DNA of 64,000 nt from Tubiluchus corallicola (GCA_030141605.1 JAQGDQ010000013.1:124001-188000), one strand, 5' to 3'. Positions 24,501 to 39,500 are shown, counted from the first letter of the stretch. Made by a program: numbers and translations. Notes: generated by a model not told the origin, from the letters alone.

Positions 24501-27500
24501 TCAGTTAAAACTTTTTAATAACGTATTTTAGAGTAAAACTTTTTAATAACGTATTTTAGAAAAGGAGGCGAAAAAATAGAGTTAATTTTCCTGAGTTGTC
24601 GTGTCAATAAATCTGTACTCTTTTCAAATGATATAAGTGTTGAATGGATTTCAAAATGAAGACCTTATCTCAAGGAAAATAAGCGTGTATCAGGAAAATA
24701 TATATGGTACTTTCATATATATTTGACCATAGCTTCGCCAACGCATGAATTTGGAACAGTGATAAAAAGTTTGCAAATTTTCATTACATGTTCCTTATTT
24801 TTCTTACTTAACAGCGTGATTTTCTTTAACTGTGGTTACTTGAAGTCATGTACCCACACGTTTACTTGAACTGAAGCGACGATTTCTAAGTATGTAAAGG
24901 ATACGAAACTCTAGACTGTTAAATGGTATTGATACATTTTCAGCGAATATATAGGACACTATATATAGATACAATAAGTGATTTAATTGTACCAAGTCAA
25001 TTCTTTTTGTACATTTTGACGTTTTCTACATAGTACATGTATTCGTGTATTCTCCTTTTCTTGCTGTAAATACAATTTTATTCAGTTTGTAACTGCAGTT
25101 TTTGCATTTTCATCAGTCTCTGTGTTAGTTAGGTTTAAGAGATACCTAAACGGTTTTTGTACCTAAGCGATAAAAAAATTCAAACGCGTTTTATGTTATT
25201 CGAAATCTTTGACGAAATAAAATGCCAGAAGATTGTAATAAATCATTTGTTTCAACTGCTCGTCTGCTGCTTACGTTCAAATAACTGCAACCATTCATAA
25301 TAATCTTTCTTGCGCATGGCTTCATTTTTTTAAACCCACTAAGCACTTGTGGTCCCTGTGTGAATCATGCGCGGCAGTGCTTTGTCATCTGTCCCATATA
25401 ATATAGTTCGTGATATTGATTTTGGCATCTGTGACCTGGTTTTATGCAGAGAGACATGAAACTATACGCAGGTTGAAAGCCTGATTGCCAGTTAAGTTGG
25501 AGCCGCTGAATTGGGCCGGAAAACGGAACGTGGTGGGGAAGGTAGTGGCTGTAGATGAAGACTTGCGGGTGGAGGAAGGGTTCGAGCGGGGAGATATGGA
25601 GGAGGTGGCGTCTTGCTTATAGAGGTTGACGGGTTGTGGAGAAATATTAAACCTTAGCGAGGAGTTATTGGGAGGAAAGTTGATTCTGTTGGATGGATGA
25701 TGTATTGGAGAAAAGTGGTGAGGAGAACACGGCGATTTCAAGGCAAAGTTTTCTAGGTCTAGCATGATAGCTATAGGTAGAGGCTTGCTGGGAGCGGATG
25801 GTTGTACGGCAAATGAAGGCTTTTATATTACTTTTGAGAAATGAAGAAAAGTGGCAGCTTCAATTAAGTAGAAATGTATAACAGTGGGGGAGGTGGCAGT
25901 TTCAAGTAGAGGTTTGTTAAAAGAAAAGTGGCCCTGGGTTGATATTTGAGCAACTGCTACAAGCTGCTGTCATCTAGTGCCAGTTTTTAATTGTCAGGTC
26001 CACTGACTGCACACATTTGCACACAGGAAGAGTACATTTTCTAACACCTATCGACTGTAATGGTATCTGTGTTATTTCTAGATTGATTTTGATTTGCAAT
26101 AATTTGTCAGTAAAATTTGATTATTAGAATTCAGGCAGTTAGTAACTGTTTCTGTGCTTTGTCAGTTTATTTTATATGATACATAATAAGTTTAAAGTGC
26201 TTTAAGTGAACCATCCAAAGCTGTATGCACTGCCATGTCTGCCTGCATGACTGTTTGGTTGCCTACTTAGTTGTCCATTGTGTAGCATGTGTAGTATCTG
26301 CTGTAGATTCAGCTCCAGTTCATCATTAACTCACACCACTTTAGTAAATTTTACTGCGCGAATTTGTAAAGTATCATTGCATTTCTACATAACTGCATAT
26401 TTTATACGAATATACAGATTGAAGTAAGTGCTTTCGAGCAAAGTTTTTACACCGTCAGTGTAGTCAGCTAGTGGTAATTATTATTAAACAACACCTGCTC
26501 TGAATATGAACTTAGAGTTGTACTTAGTAACAACTGTTAGCTCACCAAAACAATGTATTGAGATTAGTTATACATACCTCAGCCTTGTCAGTTGATGTAT
26601 TTTAAGAACTAGTGTTGCTTTAATAATTGAATATTATAAAGATTTATTGGTTTAATACGAACAGACCTATTTCTTCCATATCTCTTAGAAAACCTAGATA
26701 CTTGAAAATGGTGTAACATTGGAAGTTTATCAAAAAGTTGGGAACATGTGTTGGGTCAGTGTTGGAATTTGAGTGTAAAAACTGTTTGCTTTCTGGTTTG
26801 GAAAATTTGCTGCCTATTGTTTAAATAATAGCTAGACCAGAATTCTATGAATTCCGAAGACCTTAGCCTTTGTTGTTATATATTAAATACAACAGAAATA
26901 TGTGAAAGCGAGGCATTGCAGTGAGTTTCTAAATTTTTTGCTTTCTGGTAGCTTCTTTGAGCTTTAACTAACCAAATTGCATCTGATGTTATAGAATATG
27001 ACAAGTAAGGTGAAGGTTAAAATACAGTTACGTGACATCTACAGATTGTTGAGACACTACCCAGTGAAGCATACATGGTGTGCTGAATATCACTCCTTAC
27101 AGACTGATATGAACTAGCAGTGCTATATACATAATCGGTTTTCTAAGGTTGAATTAATTCTGATTTTAGATGTAGACGCCAAGAAAGCCGATCGCAAGAA
27201 CAGCAAGAGTGACTCTGACCGCAAGAGCAACAAACTTGATATGAAGCAAGATAAAGCCAGTAAGGTATGAAAAAATATCATTTACTAATTATGATGAGGC
27301 TATTTATAGGGGTATAGTGTTAAATCTATTGTATGGTGATTATTGGGGAAGATAGCCCTTTAAGTAGTATTGTATTAAATAAACACTTTATTTAAAATTT
27401 CTTCCAAAAAAATAAGTTTTTCGTCTTGTGAGATAATGGAAATAGTGAGAATATTTAAATCATTACTTGAAATGTATCAGACAGTGTATCAGACAGTATT

Positions 27501-30500
27501 TTTTATTTTAGAATGCAAACTCTGATGTTAAGCGGGACACAAGATCAAATGCAAAGCTAACAACAGGTACAAAAATTCTACATTTATAATGGAACTACCA
27601 AGTAATCAGTAATATCCTGTTGTCACTAATTTGTTGATAGCTACACGACATTGCTACACAGCGATATTTGTTGCTAGTTTAAGAGACAATGATGTCAACA
27701 GTGTTAAATTGTTTTTGTTGCTTAAGAATTAATATTACTTTCACTATCATAAATTGTACTTTTTTCATAAATTTATTTCCTCTTTTTGCAGATTCTGCAC
27801 CTGAGATGTGGATATGTCCTACGGTCGGCTGTGATGGCTCTGGCCACATTACTGGCAAATATGCGAGACATAGATCGTAAGTTTATCGAGTGCATGCTTC
27901 CCTGGATATAACTTAGCTTCTTTAGATAGTAGTGAGTTTCCAAACAACTCGCTTTCATGTAGAGAAGCGACCAATATTAAAAAATTGCACCTATAACTTC
28001 TCTCATAATCAGATGTATACTTAATGCTTAATTGTTAAAGTTAATTTTATTAATAAAGAAGGCGAGGAAGCATTGCCTTGCTCATTCAAAAATACTGTTT
28101 GGACATTTGTATTTATTTTGTGCATTCTGTAGTTTATTGTGTATTTTAACATTCAGTAGCTTTTAAAGTAAACTTGTAGTATTTTTATTTTGAGCATAAG
28201 GCTTTGTGTTCCAGACATCAAACATTTTCAAAGTTTTTTCGGAGTATCTATTAACTAATTGACAGAATGAATAATTAATGGTAGCTTTCATTATAGTATG
28301 ATCATATATGAAATGTAATAAAGTTAATGTGACAGTTGTAGAATCTGTCTATTGTAATGCAATAAATACACTCGTGTATGTCTTACGTATGTTTTCCTGT
28401 TTGTTATAATGTAGACATTGGCTATAATGTTCTTGCCTTTCCAGAGTTGTTGGATGTCCGAAGTCTAGCCGGAAGAGAAAAGTGGTACAATCCAGTGAGA
28501 GTGAACCATCAGTCAAATTGCAGTGCAAATCTGTAAAACAATCATCAGAAATTAACAAACAAAAGTTCTCTGACAATGACACGGTTAAAGTGGTCAGTGA
28601 TAAAGACAATTTGGCAGAAACAAATAGTGTTGTAACTGTGGATACAGCTTCTGCGGAAACGAATGAAACTAAATCCACTGATGAAAGTAAGAGTTTGCAA
28701 GGCAGGAAAAAAGGTGAAAAAACAAAGCAGTCCAATGCATCAAATGACTTATCGTCATCATCAAAAAATACAAAGAGCAATTGTGAAGAGCAAGATGTTG
28801 CAGTACTTTCTTCTCCCAGTGCTAGAAGCAACACTCCTGTTGACGCAAATGTTTCTTCATCTCTTACAGCAGAAAAGGTTAGCGATTCCAAATCTAGTCA
28901 CATAATGGAAGAATTACCAAGTTCTTCTAAATTCACAAGACAAAAAAGATCGGCAGAATCTGGCAAGATTTCTAAGCATGAACGGATGGTAAAGTGTGCC
29001 AAAAATGGCATAAAAACTATCAAGCCTTTCAAACATTCAGAAGAAACAGATGTAAAAGTCATTGCAGACAGTGCTTCAAGTGATCTCGGAGAAAGTAAAA
29101 ATCTAGTCAAAAACATGGCTTCTGGAGAAAATGGAGAGACGGCCGATCAAAATTCTGTAGAGTTAAGTCAGTTATCTGAAACTGAGAAATCCACAACTGA
29201 TAACTTGACAACTAAACATTGTTTATCTGAACAGACAATTACTTCGACTATAACACAAGAGCCCGTGGTCGAAGATAAAGAGATGCCAGGAAATGTGTCC
29301 GTAAAATCTAAAGAAATAAAACCCAGTGGAGGAATATTATTTGGATTATTACTAAAAACAGATTCTGCACCCGAAGAGAAGGACGTGGACATTGCTAAAA
29401 AGGTATCGCATGAAAACAAAGAAACTCTAGAGAAAAAAACACTGGACACAGATGAAATATCACTACAGGAAGCAGAAGCTTCATTAAAATCTCTGTGTGA
29501 AGTTGTGAACTTTTCGTCACAGCGTCTCTTGAAATCAGATAGGTTATCTGACAGATCATTATGCAAATCATTAGCTGATGAAGAAATTAAGGAAATGGCA
29601 AAGGAACCCAAAAGGACTAATTCTCAAAATTTTAAAGACATCCAGAATTTAGTACAGCCACAGGAAATGATGTCTGAAGATACGTTGTCTTGTAGTCCTG
29701 ATGTTAGTCCTACAGGTGGCTCAACAGGAGAATTGGCTTGCTCTTTATTTGATACCACCTTAAACTTGGATCCTGCACAGCCCAAAGAAACTGCTTGCGT
29801 CAAATGTCAAGTAACACAGAATTGTAGTGACCCACTAGAACATCTTAAGAGTGCAACTACTGAAGCCATATCACAGAACGTTGACTTGCAGAAAGAAATT
29901 TGTAACGATGCTGCTTCTTCCACTAATGGTGCTGCTGAGCGAACACCAGTAAAACCCACAAGCAATTCATATTCCAGTGGTGCTGAATCTTCCCCATTAC
30001 ATTGTGAATCTTCTACAGCAGATGATCTCCAGTCATTGTTGAGAATTGAAGCACAATGTGCAAGCATTTGCTTGCCCACATCAGACACAGAAAATCCTGC
30101 AGAACCGACATCACCGCGGCCCAATAAAAATTCAACAGATTTAAAAACAACTGAAAGAACTGCTATAGGGCTTACTGATTCTGTCAGCAATATCCCTATT
30201 ACAGACGCAGACACAAATAAAGAGAACAGTAAGAAATTGACCTCCAACTCTCTGCAACGCATGACGTCTTCACAATCGGAGATTATTCGCAGATTAGAGC
30301 AGCCCACTATTACGAGCCAGATGGTGTCACACCTGACGCGGATTGATTCTGGACCAAGAGTATCTGCACCATTTGTAAGTGTTGCTAGTGGTGTTCCAAC
30401 ATGCAGTATGTCTCCTGTTACTGAATTCAAAGGTAAACAACATTATTGTAAGCATTTGTATGTTGTTTAAACAATTAAATAATAACTTAAAAATAAAGGG

Positions 30501-33500
30501 GGTTGTTTTATGCATATATATATATATATATATATCCCAAAGTGCCTTTCAACCAAATAAATTCTAATTATTTTTCAACATCCATCGTTTCAAAAAGTAA
30601 ATGTTGTTATTTCTTTTATATCTCTTAACAAGAATTAATTTTTAATGTACTGATAACATGCTAAAATACCACTTAAATATGTCTTCAAATATAAAGACTC
30701 GAAATAAACTTAAAACAGCAAAAGTGCAATTTAAACTAGTTTAGTCCGTAATACATAATTGTATGATGTGTTTTTGATAGGTACGAATATGGGCATAGAA
30801 AGCAAATGCCCTACACCTAACTGTGATGGTACTGGTCACATAACTGGACTGTACTCTCACCATCGCAGTTTGTCTGGATGTCCACGACGAGAAAAGTTGT
30901 CTTCATCATCAGAGCGTAAATGTGTGTAACTATTTTGTCGGTTTTATGATTTTATCATTGTATGTCACTTATAATCAAATGTTGCAGTTGAATGTGTATA
31001 GTTCACTCATTTCCTATTTTTATTACTGCAAATACATTTCATTCAATCACCAAATACAGAAATATTTATTGAGTGGCAAAAGGCAAAAGTTATCTGATAG
31101 CATGGCATCACTATTTTGCTTTGTTTTGACATGTGTTTATTAAATTATTTTTTAGTATTATCAATACACGAGCAAGTACTAAAATGTCCCACTCCTGGAT
31201 GTACTGGAAAAGGCCATGTTAACAGCAACCGAAACTCACATCGAAGGTAACACATATTAATTTCGATTAAGGATTAATATTGTCACACCTTGCTGCAATT
31301 TTTTTTCTTTGCACCACAACAACTAAGAATCATTTTCTAACATTACCTTTATTATATTTTCAGTTTATCTGGATGTCCTATTGCCGCTGCCAGCCGCTCA
31401 AAATCTAACACTAGTTTGGAAAAAAGACTGAGTAAGTCGTAATTTGTGTGATCTAAGATCTATTTCTTTGAGCATGTGTGGCTATTATGAATGACATATC
31501 GTCAAATGGAGATATATCCATATTTGGAAAGGTTGAAGTTCTGTAATGCCATTTTTATTGGTCATATATTTTCAAATTGTTTTAAATAGAGTGGTCAGTG
31601 CCTGTGCATGTTACTGCCATCCTACATATTTGTGTGGTATTGCTAGTACGTTCAGACCAAAAATTATTTGCTTTGGTTTGCAACCATACAGTTAAAAATA
31701 TATCTATACATAAACTGTCTTACAAAAGTCTTGATTAGAAATAACAGAGTTAAAATACTTTTCATTATTATTCATACTTTGTTACACCAGTCTATAAGTC
31801 TGAAGTTTGTGATTAATTATTTGAACTTGCCATTTGCTGAGAGCAAAGATCAGATTTAGAAAAAGACTAGAAACTTAACTGTGAATGATGACGTGTGATC
31901 ATGGTGAAGTACATTTTTGATTTTCGATCAACTTCCTTCTAGGCAAACGACTTTCAAAGCTCACGAGAATAGTGAATAGAGTGATATACGAGAGCACTAG
32001 CAGTTTTTCTTTTTTTTTGTTTAAAATGAATATAACTGTTTCTTCGAATGCCAATTGTTCTTAGCACCTTACAGATTGAACCTGACGTTATGATCTTTCT
32101 ATGCACAGTTTTGTGTTATTTCGTTTGTGCAAACCTCAGTTGTTGCATTTTTTAGTTCACATGGGCCACATAACTTTCTTAAATGCTTGGAAACAAAATT
32201 CTCTATACAAACAAACTGTACTCAGAGCACTCATGTTGAAATTTTTGTAAAATAAACTTTTGAATTTTGCCAAACAATGCATAAATTTTATATTTCAACC
32301 ATAGCTCTCAAAATAATTTGCTAGCTTTTCTGATTAGATTTTAATGACATAATTGGTGGCCTTCACTGGGTGGTAAATAAAAGTCTATTTTGTAAAACGA
32401 CATACATAGGATGAATAGATCAAACAAATTTGAAAAGTCAGAATGCAGCACGATCATAAACCAATAATTATGAGATATTGTGCATCATGCATCTTGTGCC
32501 TGCGAATTGTTTGCAGTACTGCAGGTCGGTGCTTGGCAACCAGAAGCTGCCTCGATAAAAATTCATTGACTTTAATTACTGTTGTATTTTTATTTGTGTG
32601 CTATCTACTGCATGAATGTTGTTGTTTATTTTGCATGTTTGTTTGTGTCTGTTCAGGGAATCTAGGTGTACCATTGACCAAATGGAATGATAAGTTGGAG
32701 AAGAGTATGGAAAGTAAAAAATTAGAACTGCATGAAAATAACAGGACAGAGGAATGGATCCGCAGTAACTTCCTACCTTGTATGTGACTGAGTTTAAGAA
32801 AATCACAATTTAGTCAGTTTTTGTGACTTGTTTATTTATATTTATATGACAATATATGTGGAGGGCAATATCATTGAATTTTAATTTTGTGACGCTTCTG
32901 TTAAGATTTTCAAGAAAAGAAATGATCAGTATTGCATTTCTTCAAAATACTGCATCTATCAGTTATATCACTCGCACATAGATCCAGCAGGAAAACTGTT
33001 TATAAATTAAATGCAGAATTTGAGGTTCTAAATTGCATATTTTGCAATTTTGTGATGGTTTACGCATTAACATGGTAAAATGTTTTAAGCCTTGTGGCAC
33101 TATACTTTTACATTTTTTGTGGATAAATTTAAGCTTTAATGCAATGTTCTGGGAAGCACCACGCATGCTTGTTATTTTAGCAAACAATGTTCATGAATCA
33201 CAGACTTGATAAGCCTGTCACTAAATTTTAATTTAAAAATTGAAAACTGTCTTTGTAATAACTAATATAACATATTAGTCGTCAACTTTTTTATTTTCTC
33301 TTTGTTGTTTGAAATGCTCAAATTAAAAGAACCTAAACTGTATTTTGTATTCCTTTCCTTTTTGTGTAGTTTGCAGCCTGTATGCAGACAAAACTACTTC
33401 TTCAGTATTTTTGTAATATTTTTTATAATATTTCTCTTGTTACTATTAGCTACCATGGCGATTTATTTGATTTATTGGTTTTTCTAATTGTTGGTATATT

Positions 33501-36500
33501 TTGATTTGTTTAGGCAATGATCGGATTTTACGGCCAATGTGCTATGTAAAACAGCTCGAATTGCAAGAATATGGATCATGGCCTACTCCGCGTACAAATC
33601 TTCCAAAGGAACTCGATAAGTATAGCTACAGATCAGGTGCAGTAGAGGATCAAGCTCATTTGGCACATAAACCTTCTCCACTTAAGAGCAAAGTGGAGCT
33701 TGATCGGCCAAATATTCTCAGTAAAGGATCGAAGTCTCCATACAAGTACCAATTTGGCGACAGCAACATGCCACTTGCGATGAATTTATCCACTAGGAGT
33801 AGTGGAGCCATTGATTTAAGTAAATCTGTACGTGGTTCCATGCCGGCATTGGATTACCGCACCCTTCCACCCTCTGCCATGATGCCATTTAGCCGTTGCA
33901 CTTCCTTTACACTAGACAGTACCCGTATCTCATCAGCTGCAAAAGGTACTGCTACCTCGGATGCAATGCCATTGAACTTATCCAAGCGTGCTTCCGAAAC
34001 AGATGTTACATCGACTTATCCGACTTCCACCTTATCTCCAAGCAGCTCACAAAATGAAGATGTGCAAAGTGAACCTGTAGATTTCTCAACAAAGCCACGA
34101 AATTCTAATGATGCCACTGTAAGTAATGATAGTAAAAGCTATCCTGAGAAGACCATGCTTTTAACAGCCGATAAACCTTTACCAGCCGACAGTAAACCAC
34201 CTCTCAGTAGATCTGAGCAGGGCAAAATTTCCTTAGGATTGTTTGGAATGACTTCACAACCTGCTGTTGCTTCTGTGCCTGCTTTAAATGCATGGCTTGG
34301 CCCACCAGCCAGCACTTCTGCTGCAAACAAGTTAACCTGGCCTATATCAGTTACATCGCTTTCTCAAGGGTACTCAACTTCTTGGTTGGAGACTGCCGCT
34401 CGTGTTTCTGCAGGAGCATGGCCTCAAGTTCGCCCGCCTTCTCATTCTAGTGGGTCGCCACTGCTTTCCGTTGCAACGACCCTACAAGCAATATCCTTGG
34501 CAGCTGGTGTAGTGCAAGCTAGTCCAACTTTAAGCTTGAGCAGTACTGGTAGCTATGCTAGCACTAGTGGTGATAGTCTTGGATCTCCAAACCAAAACAG
34601 CACAAAGCTGCAAGTAGAAGCACATCAGTCTTCTGGCAAAGACACCACGTGAGTTCCACGTTGTATTTGCAAAAAGTCTACTTTTAGTATTGTAATGCAA
34701 TGTAGATCATTGTAAGTCAGAGATACTTAATGTCTTAAAATGTTTATTGATTTTTCATCAAGTTTGATGATTTTTTAATGTGTTCTCAGGCTTAATATTA
34801 TTAGTTCCTTTTTAGAAACTTCTATTAATTTATTGTTTTAAAGTGTCTCCTTTAGATCATTAGTCATGTTGTTGGTATTCCATTTAACACCCCATTCTAG
34901 TTTGGCGTATTTTAAGCAGCTATCTATGTGTTAGCTCTTTGAGTTAATTTGTTGTTAGCAGTTTTGCGCTGCTTTAACCGAGTATTAATTTTTTCATTGA
35001 ACAGTATGGTTTATTGTGTTAGTTTGAGCATTACTTATTTTAACTAATTAATCTATTTTCAGTCAGTTTAATTCATATTTTGAGCCATTGCTACTTTGTT
35101 ACTTCATAGTTGTAATATATTGCTACTTGCTTATGTTGATTATATTATTGTTACTCTTAGTCATTATTTTAGTTAATTGGCAATCTGTCAGTCATAATGT
35201 GAGTGATAAGTCTCAATCAATTTTCCAGCATAAGTCTAGAGAAAGATGTTGAAAAGAAGACAACTATTGACACGTTTGCAACTTTTAATCACGTAAAAAC
35301 ATCAGGTACATACATTCCATCTCCTGCAACAAGCATTTCAGCTTCTCCAGTAAAAATTGGGACCAGTATTGATATGTCTGCTACCATCACCACAACTGCT
35401 TGGAACCCAGAGGAACAGAAGACTAATGACGGCTTACAGAATCCATTACAGAACATTGGGAAGGGTTCAAGTGCTGATCCTTCCTTTGGTAGAAGGTCAG
35501 TAAAAAGTTTGGTCATGAGAAAATTGGGGAATGCTATAGCAGTAACTGAATCAGTAGTAATGTGTTCACCTTCTATAGAGGATTTGTGCAAGTGTTAAAA
35601 ATTGGTATAACGCTCTTTATCACTACTCCAAATTGCTGACAGTTTGGTCGTAGTACTTTGTTGCTGCTTCTTGTATTTTTACCTTGGAAAATCCTATATG
35701 TAAAAAAGCTGTTTATAATTATAATAGAGTTTCTCCTTCCGACCTTTTACTTGTTGAATTCATTACCAGAAACTTGTTTCCATGTTAATTGCAACATCAC
35801 ACACTTTTTTAACATATAATTCCTAAGTCATCAGCAAACTAGTTAAAAGTATTATGTTTTCATGCACGTGCCTGTATTCATATTGTGACCTTTTTACTGC
35901 ATCAATTTACCCCGAGTGACTGACTACTGGCCTTTGAGGCAATTTATATAATAAATATCAGGTAGACCTAAACCTCTGTTTGTTTTAGGTGAAATTTGTT
36001 TAAATAGACTTGCAAACTTTAGGTTTGTTTATGAAAATAGTGGAAGTTGTAAGATTTTTTGAGAGTATAATTGTGTTTTTAAATGTCTTCTTTTGATTTT
36101 TTCAGTATCCAAAGCTGTCCCATGCTGCCAGAGAAAGGACTGTTGATGCTGCAGCAGCAGGAAATAAAGTCAGTGAAGTTATATTTTTACGATACCAATC
36201 AAATCCAAATGGCATCAGTTTAGCTTACAAGACTATAATAGGAAAATCATTATTTGCTTGCTTGATCAAAACATAATTCTATCATTGCTACATACATATG
36301 TTTGAAGTTACATGCATTGATCACATTATTCAGACTTCTAGGCAATTTGAATGATATGTTTGGTGACACCTACACACCCGTCCTGCTATAACTTCGTAAC
36401 AGACATTGCTCAGTATCTGTATGTACTTCTAAAACTGCTCGTTTTATTTTGGACCAACCTAGGTCTTTGCACAACTCATTTCATTTATATATTGTAAAAA

Positions 36501-39500
36501 ACGAGTGATTAAAATATCATAAGGTCACACAAAACGATAGTCATTGATAATACAGTTGAAGTGTTTCGGTGATTTATGGGTCAAATGTCAGGGTCATTGT
36601 TTGAATCTTGCTTCTGATGTTGAACGTGTTATTCTTGTTGTTAATTTTTCATCAGTAAGTGCATAACTTTAGGTGTCCCACGCCTGGTTGTGATGGCTCA
36701 GGTCATGTGACTGGAAATTATGCTTCACATCGCAGTTTGTCAGGCTGCCCGAGAGCTAACAAGCCAAAGAAGATATTGAGTAAAGAAGATGGTCCTGAAC
36801 CATTAAGGTAAACTGAACATGAAAACATACTTTTGCTTATGCAACAGGACAGTTAAATATATGCTTACTGTGCATATTTAATAATGTTATGCTGGTATTT
36901 GTATTGAGAAATCTGTTTGGTGTTGGGGCAGATTACAATTTTTTCAAATCATCAAAACGCTGTGTATCTATATGTCGAAATGTTTGTACAAAAGCTGTAT
37001 GTGTATCATAGTGCTGCACTTAGAATTATTGTTCGTGAACGAATTTCATTCAGAGACGGTAACAAGCAGTGTATTGCATTTTAATATTTAGTTGAAAAAT
37101 TACACGTGCCATGAAAAATGCAACTGTCAGCATAGCAACAAATTGAAGAATGCATAACTAAAAACTTACATGTCTGTGTGTGCTTTAGAATGCCTTTACT
37201 GATCAAACACAAGGTTATCTTTTCTGCAGTATTCTTGCTTTGTATATGCTGGTACTAACTGCCTTGATTAAATTGTTTGTTCAGTAACAACAACATTAAA
37301 TCAAATTAATTTTTTATGTTAGAGCAATTGTTTTTCAAATATTATACCCAGCCATATTTCTGCATTTTAAAACTTGAACACTAGGTGGTGTGGTTTAATT
37401 GTGGTACTCTAATCAATAAGTGTGTTAGAGCTGTGTAATGGATGATGCATATCCGCTGATTTGTCATTTCCGCCAAGATTGAATTTCTGTGTTTCTGTAT
37501 ATCACTTATAGTTTACATTTAACTAAGAAGTGATGAAACAAATTATGTGCTGAATATTGTATTTTTTATTTCTTAATTAAAACAGGAAAAGCAGTGTTAA
37601 TTAGCTATGTCAAAGATAGCATGGCATTGAAGCAGGTTTCTGACATTATTAAATCTAGTGCAAGCAATTGATTTTCCAAAAAAAATTGATATAGTTTTTT
37701 AAGTTTTGAGTGGTAACTCACATTGTTGGCATCATAAATTTATATGAGATAGCAAAATTCGTCATTAATATCTTTCATTTTTTGTTACTGTACAAGCACA
37801 GCAAAACACTGATACTTGAATCTATAAGTAAATACTGTAATTGTTAATTCGAATGTGGCTGATAGTCAGTATTCTAATACTTTTTCTCTTTGAATTCTTA
37901 ACTATTTACTATTTAAGTTTTGGCATTTTATCTTGTGTGTATATTCTTTCAATATTTGACCTGCAAACATCTTATGTGCCGGTCAGTGTAATGCATTCGT
38001 TGACATTTTGCTGCGTCTAGTAACCATTATGCTAGCCATTCTGGTAAACATAACCGTTTATGTTCACATAAATTCACATTTAGGTAGTAAGCTTAAATTA
38101 TTTTCACTTAATCACCTTGCTTATACCAGAGTAGGCAGGCCATCACTCTCGAATACTCATTTGTCAGTTAGTCATTTGTTCCATAAGTCACCCGTGGATT
38201 GAGTGTGAATGTCTCCCATATGTGTTCTTACTAACAACATTAATTTGTTTGTGTTTATGTTTTATTAACTGACAGCTTGATATGTTTTGTTTACTAAACA
38301 TTTTGCATGTTTGTGTGCTGTAGATGCCCCGTACAAGGTTGTGATGGGACTGGTCACGTAACTGGGAAATACTTATCTCACAGGAGGTACATTTCTTATC
38401 ATGTAAATAAATTGTAACATTGACATGGTAATATATACTGACTCAGCTAATGTACTATTTCAAAAAAAATTGTTTGGTATGTATCATGTTGCCGGTAACA
38501 GGAATTGTATGTGTTGCATTTTTGCAATATAACAGTGGTTTATTACAATTGATGAGTTAACAAACTAACATTTTTCAGTTAATTTATAAATTCAATATTA
38601 ATTAATTACTGCCCAAAAGACAGATTTGTGTGCGTGACAAAATTTAAAACAGTTACATTTAGTTGAAGTTGAAGTGAAAGTGTATTTTGTACAACAAACA
38701 TGTAACGTGAATTTTGTTATGTATAATAATAATGATTTGTGGGTAATTGACATTGGTGAGGACCAAACTCAAACTGAGACTGTATGTACACACAGTGAAA
38801 TGCATTTTTGTTTGTTACAGTTTATATATGCTGTCTTTATGAACTAAGCTTAGACAGAGTTTGCAGACATGCAGACCCATTTAGTTCATTGTAATTACAT
38901 ATTTGACTGGAAAACTTGTAAAACTATTACAATGATACAGCTAGGTTATTATTTGACTGTGAACCTGTCAGCTGCCTCCTGTCTATTAATTTTCCTTTAT
39001 TTCTTTTCCCTGCAGTGCATCTGGCTGCCCACTTGCTGCAAGAAACTCGATGAAACTCAAGAACGAATACTCCATAGATGGCAAGATGAAAGTGGAAGGA
39101 TTGGTGTATGTTTATATCTCTATTTTTTATCTAAGAATGATTTAAATCTGCATTTTAAGTGAATAAAGTGAACAAACTCTGGTAAATTCTGCTTTTTCAC
39201 TGACATGCACTGAGTAATGATCTAAAATGACTTACCAAGCAGAGGACTAACTGGTATTGGCACAGGTGCCATGAATTTATTATTAGAAAGTTCATTATAA
39301 TTCTAGTGGACAAGCAAATATCAGCTTGCTATTTTCAACTCAGTAGGTATAATAACCACACTGTGTGAGCAAAAACTAAGACAGGCTTCGACATTTTGTG
39401 GGTATGAACTAGATTTACAGATGTTTTCAAAACCCACAGCTTTTGATTGCAATACATGTCATTCATTCACCCTCTGTAGTCGAAGTAGATTTTACATATT

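Noticed and set aside
24506-24560. 28-bp tandem duplication
   Set aside because: Ordinary slippage duplication with two copies; not a CRISPR-like array.
16200-25000. Many AAAGTT/AACTTT hexamers (the MYT1-family binding core) suggesting autoregulation
   Set aside because: The hexamer is common in DNA this AT-rich, and enrichment cannot be shown without a count against background.
28349-30430. Long minus-strand ORFs (180, 147, 207 aa)
   Set aside because: Antisense shadows of the large MYT1 exon, with no motifs or splice context.
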